This document shows positions 10,079 to 21,495 of a DNA stretch of 64,000 nucleotides, piece after piece. The stretch covers positions 8,566 to 72,565 of the forward strand of contig CAKPOS010000006.1 of the NCBI GenBank assembly GCA_934176955.1, read 5' to 3'. Source of the stretch: an uncultured Bacilli bacterium (GTDB taxonomy: Bacteria; Bacillota_I; Bacilli_A; RF39; UBA660). The notes below the pieces were generated by a model. That model saw only the letters and a program-made list of their open reading frames with translations. It did not search any database and was not told the DNA's origin. Both the position numbers and the translations under genes were made by a program. Position 1 is the stretch's first letter, and every line of letters begins with the position of its first letter.

Positions 10079-10690
10079 CTAGATTTCTTCTTTTAATTTT
10101 ATCATTACATATCTATTGGGTTCTTCTCCGATACTTTTGGTATAAACATATTTATTTTTTGATAAAGTATTATGAACAATTCTTCTTTCATAAGAATTCA
10201 TTGGTTCTAAACTAGCTTCTACTTTTGTTTTAGCAACTTCTCTTGCCACTTTTCTAGCAGTTCTTTCAATATTTGTTATTCTATGTTCTTTATAATTTTC
10301 AACATCTATTATTAATTTTAAATCACTAGATGTTTCTTTTAATAGAATTTGTCTCATTATATTTTGTAATGAGTCTAATGTCTTTCCTTCTTTTCCAATT
10401 AGTATTGAATTATGATTAGAAAAAATATTTATTGTTATATTTTCTTCTTTTCTTTTTATCTCCAAATTTGCATCAATATTCATTAAATTTAAAATAGTAC
10501 TTATTTTATCTTTTAAATCAGATAGTATATCATTTATTGAAATTACTTCTATTTTTATACTTTTTTTTAATAGTCCTTGCTTTTCTTCTAATGTATTTAT
10601 GATTACATTTTGTTCATCTAAATTTAATTCTGCTAAAGCCTTGCTTTGGGCTTCTTCATAGTTTTTTGCTTCATAAATATACTTTTTCAT
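10079..10690 (-). CDS. jag: Jag/KhpB RNA-binding protein (Jag_N, KH, R3H)
   Basis: C-terminal R3H motif (SYERRIVHNTL). Located directly downstream of yidC, as in Firmicutes. Confidence 0.8.
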   Translation of the reverse strand: MKKYIYEAKNYEEAQSKALAELNLDEQNVIINTLEEKQGLLKKSIKIEVISINDILSDLKDKISTILNLMNIDANLEIKRKEENITINIFSNHNSILIGKEGKTLDSLQNIMRQILLKETSSDLKLIIDVENYKEHRITNIERTARKVAREVAKTKVEASLEPMNSYERRIVHNTLSKNKYVYTKSIGEEPNRYVMIKLKEEI

Positions 10691-11625
10691 TACTTTTTCT
10701 TCTTTCTTTCAACATAAATATTTTGAAAAATTGTAAATAAGCTTGATGTAATCCAATAAATTCCTAATGCTGCTGGTAAAGTTAATGAAGCAACTGAAAT
10801 CATTGCAAGCATAAAATAAATCGTATATTTCATTTGTTGAGCCGCTGGACCTGATTGATCTTTCATCGTTTTTCTAAAAGAGATAAATGTGGTTCCGATA
10901 ATTAAAAAAATTAACAAAATGTACCAATAGTTATGATTATTGATTATTCCTATCCATGGAGTCGTTCCCATCTGAAATACTAAAAAGTTATTTTCAAATA
11001 GTGCTGGAGTACGGTTTATTGCTTCTAAAAATCCAAACAATAGTGGCAATTGAATAAAACTTAATAAACAACCTGATAAAGGATTTATTTTATATTTTTG
11101 ATATATCATCATCATTTCTTGTGCTTTTTTTGCTTGATCTTCTTGAGTGTCTTTTCCTTGATATTTTTTTTCTAGTTTATTCAATTCCGGTTGTGCTTTT
11201 TTTATCATCTCTGACTGCATTGCTGTTTTTTGTGTTATTGGCATCAATACAATTCTTATTAGCAAGCAAGTAATTATAATTGATAGTCCATAATTATTTA
11301 AAATAACACCAATCTGTAAAATTAACCAAGCAAGTGGTTTTACAAAAATGCTAGTCCATAATCCTTCATAATTTTTTAAAGGATTAAATTTATCACAACT
11401 TGGTAATTTAGAAATATTTACCTTATTTTTTTCATATATTTTTATAACCTCTTTGTTCGTTGGTTTACAAATAATATTTTCTGTAATAGATTGTCCTGTT
11501 TCTTTATTTGTCACAACTTGCTTATTTTCATCTTTCAACTGCTTTGTACATCCTGACAACAAGAATATACACATTACACTTATAGTAATTTTTTTTAATA
11601 TTGTGTTAAATTTTTTTTTCTTCAT
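10690..11625 (-). CDS. yidC: membrane protein insertase YidC/SpoIIIJ (lipoprotein type)
   Basis: Lipobox ...FLLSGC, a multi-TM YidC/Oxa1 core and a K-rich C-terminus. Sits in the rnpA-yidC-jag order. Confidence 0.9.
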   Translation of the reverse strand: MKKKKFNTILKKITISVMCIFLLSGCTKQLKDENKQVVTNKETGQSITENIICKPTNKEVIKIYEKNKVNISKLPSCDKFNPLKNYEGLWTSIFVKPLAWLILQIGVILNNYGLSIIITCLLIRIVLMPITQKTAMQSEMIKKAQPELNKLEKKYQGKDTQEDQAKKAQEMMMIYQKYKINPLSGCLLSFIQLPLLFGFLEAINRTPALFENNFLVFQMGTTPWIGIINNHNYWYILLIFLIIGTTFISFRKTMKDQSGPAAQQMKYTIYFMLAMISVASLTLPAALGIYWITSSLFTIFQNIYVERKKKK

Positions 11626-11953
11626 TTTTTGCTCCTATCTTTTTCATTAGACTAATCAAATTTAATTCCATTTCTCGATAATTTAACTCAACTAATCTCT
11701 TTCTAACAATTATAACATAATCATAATTTTTATGCACCTGTTTTTCATTGATATCAATGATATTCTTAATTCGTCTTTTTATTTTATTTCTAATATTTGC
11801 TTTTCCTGTTTTTTTAGGAACAGATATTCCATATTTTGTAGCATTACTATTCTTTTGATAATAAATTACATAATAGTTGTTTTTTACATATGGACAGGTT
11901 TTGATCATTTCAGTAAAAGTTTGTTCTTTTTTTATTATTTCACTTTTTTTCAT
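11606..11953 (-). CDS. rnpA: RNase P protein component
   Basis: Basic 115-aa protein with GKANIRNKIKRRIKN (RNase P protein motif). Lies between rpmH and yidC. Confidence 0.85.
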   Translation of the reverse strand: MKKSEIIKKEQTFTEMIKTCPYVKNNYYVIYYQKNSNATKYGISVPKKTGKANIRNKIKRRIKNIIDINEKQVHKNYDYVIIVRKRLVELNYREMELNLISLMKKIGAKNEEKKI

Positions 11954-12038
11954 TTCATTTAAATTCCTTTCAATTTAAATATTTTATTTTATAGTAATTA
12001 AACTATATATATTGATAGATAGTTATTAACAAATTAGC

Positions 12039-12067
12039 AAAAAAAAAGCCACAAATAACTCGTGACT
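12039..12067 (-). terminator. hairpin plus U-run just after the rpmH stop (partial terminator before rnpA)
   Basis: On the minus strand: AGUCAC-N9-GUGGCU followed by U9 (top-strand A-run 12039-12047). Confidence 0.4.
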
Positions 12068-12070
12068 ATA

Positions 12071-12205
12071 CTATGCACATAATTTTTTTCTTCCCTTTGC
12101 TCTTCTACTTTTTAAAATATTTCCATCTTTACGAGCTCTAAATCCAAACTTTTTAGATTTTTTATTATTATTAGGTTGAAAAGTTGGCCCTTGTGTTTTT
12201 GCCAT
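12071..12205 (-). CDS. rpmH: 50S ribosomal protein L34
   Basis: 45 codons, below the ORF-track cutoff: [52 protein letters not shown] lies 5 nt upstream of the ATG. Confidence 0.9.
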   Translation of the reverse strand: MAKTQGPTFQPNNNKKSKKFGFRARKDGNILKSRRAKGRKKLCA

Positions 12206-12378
12206 AGATACACCTCCTAATCAAAAATGCTACTTTATTATATATGTTAAAATTCAATCTGTCAACATGTAAGTTTACAAAAAATTGCTATTTTGGAGGA
12301 GGAATAAGACTTTTTTTAGCTTTTTTCTTATTTTTATGATAGAATATTGTTAAATAATAGATAGTTAGGAGATTGATT

Positions 12379-14133
12379 ATGTTTAAAGAAATTACTGCAA
12401 TTAGTAAAAATTTTGCTTGGGTAAAAATGGACGGAACTACTACTGATGACTTGTTAAATATGAATGTAGTATTTGAAGAAAATGAAAAAAAAATTTTAGG
12501 TGAAGTCGATGAAATTGATAATGGCCAAGTTAAAATTAGTTTTTTAGGAGAATTTATTAATGGCAACTTTCAAGGAGGGATTATTCGAAAACCAAGTTTA
12601 ACTTCAAAAGTAAGAATAATTAACCAGGAAGAATTAGGGGAATTAGTAGGAAGTAATGGAAAAAGAAGTATGATTTTGGGATTATCTCCTTTATATAATG
12701 ATTGTCCAATAAAAATAGATATAGATGATATGTGGAGTAATCATAATGCTTTTTTTGGTAATACTGGTAGTGGAAAAACTTATGGGGTTTCCAGATTTGT
12801 CCAAAATTTATTTAATATGTCAGATAAAATTCCATTTAATAGTAATATTTTTATTTTCAATAATACTGATGAATACGATAATGCATTTAGGAGTATTGGA
12901 AATTATAATATTAATTTTAATTATAAAATGTATTCAATTAGCGGAGAAGGTGGAAACAAAATTCAATTACCTTTATGGCTATTGTCGGTTGATGACTACG
13001 CTAATTTGTTAGATGTTACGGCGTATTCTCAGTTAGCAATTATTGAAAAAATGTTAAGTTTAGTATCTGTCTTTGCAAGAAATGATGAAAATTCTAAAAG
13101 ATACAAGAATCATTTAATTGCGAGTGCTATTGTTTCAGTACTTTACACTAATCAAACTGCTGGTCGAATACGTGATCAAATATTTTCAATTTTAGAAAAT
13201 TGCAATACTGATGAATTAAATCTAAATGTTGACGTTCCAGGGATTGGTTATACTCGTCAGTTTAGAAAATGTTTTGAAATAGATAGTAAGGGAGAATTTG
13301 CAGAAAGAATACTTATAGCAGAATATATCCAGCAATTCATAGATAATAATACGAAATGGAATGAGGATTATGTCCCTATTTATTTTACACTTGATGATTT
13401 AGAAATTGCTTTAAACTTTGCTCTCATCTCTGAAGGATTATTACTAAATGAAAAAACATCATCTGAAGCAATGGCATTAAAAGTTAAGTTACATACAATT
13501 AATAATAGTAGTTATAAAAATTTATTTCATTGTGATAAATTTTGTACTTCATCTGACTTTATTACTAGCATTATCATGATTGGCACTAATAAAAGGGCAC
13601 AAATTATTAATTTTGTATTAGAAGATATTGATGATCGATTTGCCAAAGCAATTGTAAAAGTTTATTGTCGTATTATTTTTAAATTTAGTAAAGGGTTAAG
13701 AGATAGAGGAGCAATGCCTATTCATTTGATGTTAGAAGAAGCACACCGATATGTACAAAAAGATTATGATATAGATATACTGGGATATAATATTTTTGAA
13801 AGAATTGCTAAAGAAGGACGTAAATTTGGAGTAATTATGGACCTTATTACACAACGTCCTACTGAATTAAGTGAAACTGTTATTTCACAATGCACAAATT
13901 TTTTAATTTTTAAAATTACTCATCCAAGTGATTTAGACTATATTAAAAAGATGGTTCCAAATATAAGTAATGATGTAATTGAAAAACAAAAAACTTTACA
14001 AGCTGGTACTTGTGTTGCTTTCGGAAAAATGATGAAAATTCCTATGATTGTAAAAATGCAATTACCTAATCCTGAACCCCATAGTTCTAATGCATCAATA
14101 TTTGATAAGTGGATGATTACAATAAATAAATAG
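12379..14133 (+). CDS. HerA/DUF87-family (FtsK-HerA superfamily) ATPase, no adjacent partner gene
   Basis: N-terminal barrel-like segment, Walker A GNTGSGKTYG and Walker B-like HLMLEEAHRY. EGRKFGVIMDLITQRPTELSETVISQCTNFLIFKITHPSDLDYI is typical of HerA. ATG 12379 lies 6 nt after AGGAGA, and an extended -10 (TGATAGAAT) is upstream. Confidence 0.8.
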   Translation: MFKEITAISKNFAWVKMDGTTTDDLLNMNVVFEENEKKILGEVDEIDNGQVKISFLGEFINGNFQGGIIRKPSLTSKVRIINQEELGELVGSNGKRSMILGLSPLYNDCPIKIDIDDMWSNHNAFFGNTGSGKTYGVSRFVQNLFNMSDKIPFNSNIFIFNNTDEYDNAFRSIGNYNINFNYKMYSISGEGGNKIQLPLWLLSVDDYANLLDVTAYSQLAIIEKMLSLVSVFARNDENSKRYKNHLIASAIVSVLYTNQTAGRIRDQIFSILENCNTDELNLNVDVPGIGYTRQFRKCFEIDSKGEFAERILIAEYIQQFIDNNTKWNEDYVPIYFTLDDLEIALNFALISEGLLLNEKTSSEAMALKVKLHTINNSSYKNLFHCDKFCTSSDFITSIIMIGTNKRAQIINFVLEDIDDRFAKAIVKVYCRIIFKFSKGLRDRGAMPIHLMLEEAHRYVQKDYDIDILGYNIFERIAKEGRKFGVIMDLITQRPTELSETVISQCTNFLIFKITHPSDLDYIKKMVPNISNDVIEKQKTLQAGTCVAFGKMMKIPMIVKMQLPNPEPHSSNASIFDKWMITINK

Positions 14134-14208
14134 ATATTAGTTTGTAGTTATGCTTATTTCAAAAATAATTGATGTTAATGAATAATTTAGTTTGTTTGTA
14201 CGAATCAA

Positions 14209-14239
14209 GGGTACTATATTTATGCAGTACTCTTTTTTT
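14209..14239 (+). terminator. intrinsic terminator after the HerA-like gene
   Basis: GGGTACT-N10-AGTACTC stem followed by T7. Confidence 0.5.
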
Positions 14240-14486
14240 GAGATATACTATTTATTATTTTTTGATATATTTCTGAAATTGTTTTAAATACTTTAATATT
14301 ATTTTATATTCGTATTACCATTTAAGAAATTATTCATTACTAATACCTCTATTCTTTCAGTTTTAAATTGTTATGTTTTGATTTAAATACTTTTTATTTA
14401 AATTAGGTAGAACAACATATTATAGTAAAATAGGATATTTTTTCTTAATATCTACTAAATGCTAACAAGGAAAATGTTATGATAAC

Positions 14487-14656
14487 TGTGGATTTAATTT
14501 ATTAACAATCCTTATAAATCAAGGTTTTAACACTTTTTCCACAATTATCAACTTTTTTATTTTTTTTCCACAGTAGTATGTTTAAAACTATCTGTGGATA
14601 TTTGTGGAAAAGTTGATAAAAATCAATTAAAGTAAAGGTTTTGTTCCTGTGGATAA
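14487..14656. promoter_or_regulatory. oriC part 1: cluster of six DnaA boxes upstream of dnaA
   Basis: The boxes are TGTGGATTT 14487, TTTTCCACA 14535, TTTTCCACA 14564, TGTGGATAT 14593, TGTGGAAAA 14603 and TGTGGATAA 14648 (perfect). Consensus is TTATCCACA or its complement. Confidence 0.8.
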
Positions 14657-14753
14657 CTTCAAAATAACATAGTTTTTTGTTACTTAGTAATAAATTTATA
14701 GAAAAAAAATAAGATTTATGTTAATATTGTTAGTGAACGTGGGAGGGATTAGA

Positions 14754-16157
14754 ATGGACATTGATGATTTATGGAAAAATTTTCTAGAGATAATAAAAAA
14801 TAGTATTTCGTCTTTATCGTATCAAACTTGGTTTTATGGTACAAAACTAGTATCTATTTCTAATAATACTGCTATTATTATTGTTCCAATGCCTGTTCAC
14901 AAAAAGCATTTGATGGAAAATTATCTAGATGTTATTGAAGATAAATTTAAACAGTTGACCGGTACAGTTTTTGAATTTGAATTCATGTTAGAAGAAGAGT
15001 GGGAACAAAACAAAAATAGTTTTATAACTAATGATGGTTATGATAAAGCAGTAGAGGAGAAGGAGAGCAATCCCCAAAATAGTATAGAAATTTCACCTAA
15101 AAGCTTTGAAGATGCTAATTTAAATGAAAATTATAACTTTGATAATTTTATTGTTGGAAATTCTAATCGTTTTGCTTTTACTGCATCTATGGCTGTTGCT
15201 GAAAAACCAGGGAAAGCATATAATCCTTTATTTTTGTATGGAAAAAGTGGTTTAGGAAAAACACATTTAATGCATTCGATTGGTAACTATATACTGAAAC
15301 ATACTAATTTGAGAGTTTTATATATATCTAGTGATAAATTTGTTAATGATTTTATTAATGCTGTTAGAAATAATGATAAAAATAACTTTAAAAAAATAGA
15401 TAATTTTAAAGCTAAATATAGAAATATTGATGTTTTAATGATTGATGATATACAATTTTTAGGAAATGCAACTAAAGGACAAGAAGAATTTTTTCATACT
15501 TTTAATGAGCTTTACAATGAGAATAAGCAAATAATTATTGCTTCTGATCGTTCTGTTGATGACTTGAAAATGTTAGAAAATAGGTTGCTTACTAGATTTA
15601 ATTGGGGATTAACAGCTAATATTACTCCTCCTGATTTTGAGTTAAGAATGAATATTTTAGAAAGAAAGATAGCCCACCAAGAATCAGCTAAAGATGTTCC
15701 TAAAGAAGTTATTGAATATATAGCTAACAATTTTGCTTCTGATATTAGACAATTAGAAGGCGCAATAACTAGAGTTTTTGCTTATGCATTAATGATGAAT
15801 AAGGGGATTGTTGATTTAGATACTGCTGTTGATGCGTTAAAAGATCAACTTACAGATAGAAGTGTTTATAAAAATGACGTTCATAGAATTCAAACTGTAG
15901 TTTGCGACTACTTTAAAATTACTTTAGAAGATATAAAAGGGAAAAAAAGGAGTCAAAATATCAATTATCCTAGACAAGTTGCTATTTATCTCTGTAGAAC
16001 ATTAGCCAATGAATCTTTTCCTAAAATTGGAACTTATTTTGGAGGAAGAGATCATTCAACAATTATGAGCTCATATCAAAAAATTCAAAAAGAATTACTA
16101 GTGAATGAACAACTAAAAATAGTAATTAAAGAATTAAAACAACAATTATCCCCATAA
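14754..16157 (+). CDS. dnaA: chromosomal replication initiator DnaA
   Basis: AAA+ motifs GKSGLGKTHL and IDDIQFL, plus a C-terminal DnaA-box-binding domain. ATG 14754 follows GGGAGGG (the track ORF begins earlier, at 14718). Confidence 0.95.
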   Translation: MDIDDLWKNFLEIIKNSISSLSYQTWFYGTKLVSISNNTAIIIVPMPVHKKHLMENYLDVIEDKFKQLTGTVFEFEFMLEEEWEQNKNSFITNDGYDKAVEEKESNPQNSIEISPKSFEDANLNENYNFDNFIVGNSNRFAFTASMAVAEKPGKAYNPLFLYGKSGLGKTHLMHSIGNYILKHTNLRVLYISSDKFVNDFINAVRNNDKNNFKKIDNFKAKYRNIDVLMIDDIQFLGNATKGQEEFFHTFNELYNENKQIIIASDRSVDDLKMLENRLLTRFNWGLTANITPPDFELRMNILERKIAHQESAKDVPKEVIEYIANNFASDIRQLEGAITRVFAYALMMNKGIVDLDTAVDALKDQLTDRSVYKNDVHRIQTVVCDYFKITLEDIKGKKRSQNINYPRQVAIYLCRTLANESFPKIGTYFGGRDHSTIMSSYQKIQKELLVNEQLKIVIKELKQQLSP

Positions 16158-16168
16158 TTGGGGAATAT

Positions 16169-16258
16169 TGTGGATAAGTATTTTCTTTTCAACAAATAAT
16201 GTGGAAAAAAAAACACTTATCCAAAAAGGAAAAAATATAGTTTTCCACAGTTTCCACA
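16169..16258. promoter_or_regulatory. oriC part 2: five DnaA boxes between dnaA and dnaN, followed by an AT-rich stretch
   Basis: The boxes are TGTGGATAA 16169 (perfect), TGTGGAAAA 16200, TTATCCAAA 16217, TTTTCCACA 16241 and GTTTCCACA 16250. ATTATAATAAATAATATAATTAAAG then precedes the dnaN RBS. Confidence 0.8.
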
Positions 16259-16297
16259 TTATAATAAATAATATAATTAAAGAAAGAAGGAAGAAAA

Positions 16298-17413
16298 ATG
16301 AAATTTATTATTAAACAAGAAATATTATTAGAAAGTTTATATCATACTTCAAGAGCAATTTCTCCAAGAAATTTAATTCCAATATTAACTGGGATTAAAT
16401 TTGATTTACAAAAAGAAGGGTTGTATTTATCTGCTAGTGATACTGATATTTCTATTCAGTGTTTGATTCCAACAGAAAATATTGTTGAAGTTGTTGAATA
16501 TGGTAGTGTTGTTATAGGAGGAAAGTACATAGTAGAAATTATAAAAAAATTACCAAATACAAATATTACTATAGAAGTTATGGATGAAAATAAGATGATT
16601 ATTAGTACTAATAATACCGAATTTAATTTAAATGGTATTAATTCTAATGAGTTCCCTAATTTAGATTTAGAGGGTACTAGTGAACCAATAGTTTTAAAAA
16701 CAAATATATTGAAGAAAGTTATTTCTCAGACTTTTTTTGCCACTTCTCGTAATGAGTCACGTCCTATTTTAACAGGAATGAATTTTAGAATAGATGGTTC
16801 TATAATGGAAGTTATTTCTACTGATTCTTATCGTTTAGCAAAAAAGATTATTCTTTTAGATAAAAATTTAGACTATAAAGTAAATATTGTAATACCTGGA
16901 AAAAATTTATTAGAATTAGATAAGATTATGAGTGAGGATGAGGAAAATTTAGAATTACACATTTTTGAAAATAAGGTATTATTTAAATATAAAAATATTT
17001 TATTTTTATCTCGTTTATTGAATGGTACATATCCTGCTACTTCTTCTATTATTCCTACAGATTTTAAAGTTCAAGTAAAATGTAGCTGTAATGGTTTATT
17101 TGAAATGATTGATAGAGCCTCTTTATTAACTTCTGATCGTGATAAAAATATTATTCGGTTGGAATTGTCTCATCAAGATATGATTATTTCTTCGAATTCT
17201 CCAGAGATAGGAAAAGTGGAAGAGAAGATGGTTGTAGATAGTAATGACGAAATTTCTATATCTTTTAGCTCAAAATATATGTTAGATAGTATAAAAAGTT
17301 TTGAAACGAATGATGTAATGCTTTGTATGAATAATGATAATAGTCCAATTATTATAAAATCTGATGAAGATGATTCATTAATACAATTGGTTTTGCCAAT
17401 TAAGACATATTAA
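16298..17413 (+). CDS. dnaN: DNA polymerase III beta sliding clamp
   Basis: 371-aa three-domain clamp-like sequence in the conserved position after dnaA. Confidence 0.95.
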   Translation: MKFIIKQEILLESLYHTSRAISPRNLIPILTGIKFDLQKEGLYLSASDTDISIQCLIPTENIVEVVEYGSVVIGGKYIVEIIKKLPNTNITIEVMDENKMIISTNNTEFNLNGINSNEFPNLDLEGTSEPIVLKTNILKKVISQTFFATSRNESRPILTGMNFRIDGSIMEVISTDSYRLAKKIILLDKNLDYKVNIVIPGKNLLELDKIMSEDEENLELHIFENKVLFKYKNILFLSRLLNGTYPATSSIIPTDFKVQVKCSCNGLFEMIDRASLLTSDRDKNIIRLELSHQDMIISSNSPEIGKVEEKMVVDSNDEISISFSSKYMLDSIKSFETNDVMLCMNNDNSPIIIKSDEDDSLIQLVLPIKTY

Positions 17414-17517
17414 TTTTGGTATAATTAAATGGCAAAAAGAAGGTTTTCAACTTTTATAAATATTTTAAAAGCAGCAAAAACTATGAATTTTCTAAAAATT
17501 TCGTTTTTTTGTTATAT

Positions 17518-17544
17518 TTCGACAATTTTCGACAAATTTCGACA
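17518..17544 (+). promoter_or_regulatory. three tandem consensus Spo0A (0A) boxes at 10-bp phasing
   Basis: TTCGACA at 17518-17524, 17528-17534 and 17538-17544 is the reverse complement of TGTCGAA (0A box TGNCGAA). They lie 60-90 bp upstream of the comK start. Confidence 0.6.
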
Positions 17545-17567
17545 TTGTTTTATGTTTTAATGAATAT

Positions 17568-17588
17568 GGTTTTCATTTATTGAAAACC
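17568..17588 (+). promoter_or_regulatory. perfect 8-bp-arm palindrome abutting the comK RBS (operator or leader hairpin)
   Basis: GGTTTTCA-TTTAT-TGAAAACC ends 1 nt before the GAGGGGGGG Shine-Dalgarno. No T-run follows. Confidence 0.4.
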
Positions 17589-17605
17589 AGAGGGGGGGAA
17601 TTTGT

Positions 17606-18094
17606 ATGTTAGAAAATTATGAAATTAATGATGAAACTTTAGCAATTGTTCCATATGATTTTGGAAAATCCAAAGTTTATGAGTATGATGAGGAATTTAT
17701 AGTTAATATGATTCCTTTAACAATTATTAAAAATAGTTGTTTATTTTTCGGTTCATCATTTGAAGGAAGGAGAGATGCATCTAAAAATATTATTGGGGTT
17801 GATATGAAAGTTCCAATTCTTATAGAGGAAAGCAGAAATATTATATTTTTTCCTGTTTCCAGTTGTATTAATAAAAATAGCATTTGGATATCTTATCAAA
17901 ATTTATTAAAATACTCTAAAAGTAGTTTGAGTACTTCCAATTTATATTTTAAAAATAAGAAAAATCTTCAATTACCTGTTAAGTATAATTTAATTGATAA
18001 TCAAGTTATTCGTTGTATTAAATTAGATACTCTTTTGCTTAAAAGAAAAAAGTTTATTAAAACTGCTGTTACTGATGTTGAAGTAGAAATGTAA
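17606..18094 (+). CDS. comK: competence transcription factor ComK
   Basis: Aligns along its length with B. subtilis ComK. Examples: YEINDETLAIVP vs YEVNGATIAVLP, VNMIPLTIIKNSCLFFGSSFEGRR vs VNMKPLQIVDRSCRFFGSSYAGRK, IIFFPVSS...IWISY vs IFLFPTLS...GWISH, and LQLPVKYNLIDNQV vs MELPISYNSFENQV. Confidence 0.85.
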   Translation: MLENYEINDETLAIVPYDFGKSKVYEYDEEFIVNMIPLTIIKNSCLFFGSSFEGRRDASKNIIGVDMKVPILIEESRNIIFFPVSSCINKNSIWISYQNLLKYSKSSLSTSNLYFKNKKNLQLPVKYNLIDNQVIRCIKLDTLLLKRKKFIKTAVTDVEVEM

Positions 18095-18441
18095 AAGATT
18101 ATTCAATGAATTATTTTAACTATAAAAATGTCTTTAAAGTTTCATAGATTTATAAAATATGTTTATTTTATTTTTCATTTGTTAAGATATTTTTTATAAT
18201 TTAACAGTTAGGCTTTCATGAGTTTATTTCATGATAGCTTTTTTTTGTTATCAATATTATTGAAAAAAAGGTTAGTAAATAAAGAAATGTGTAAGTATTT
18301 TATTCTTTTTTTCAAAATTGTAGTCAAAAAAGAAAAAAGTTTTGAAAGACTCTTATAAATTATTGTATTTTGTGTTATAATTTTATTGTATAGAATTTTT
18401 GGTAGGTTTGGTGAAAAAAATGGATTCGTTTAGATTTTATT

Positions 18442-21478
<3,037 letters not shown>

Positions 21479-21495
21479 ATTAGGAGGAAGTTATT

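Noticed and set aside
14209-14220. The 12-mer GGGTACTATATT is shared by the HerA-dnaA spacer (14209) and the gyrA-dnaX spacer (24060), with patchy similarity downstream, suggesting a duplicated origin flank
   Set aside because: At 14209 the 12-mer is simply one arm of the HerA terminator. The downstream similarity is low-complexity AT-rich matching with many gaps. Matches of this length are expected by chance in a 64-kb AT-rich window.
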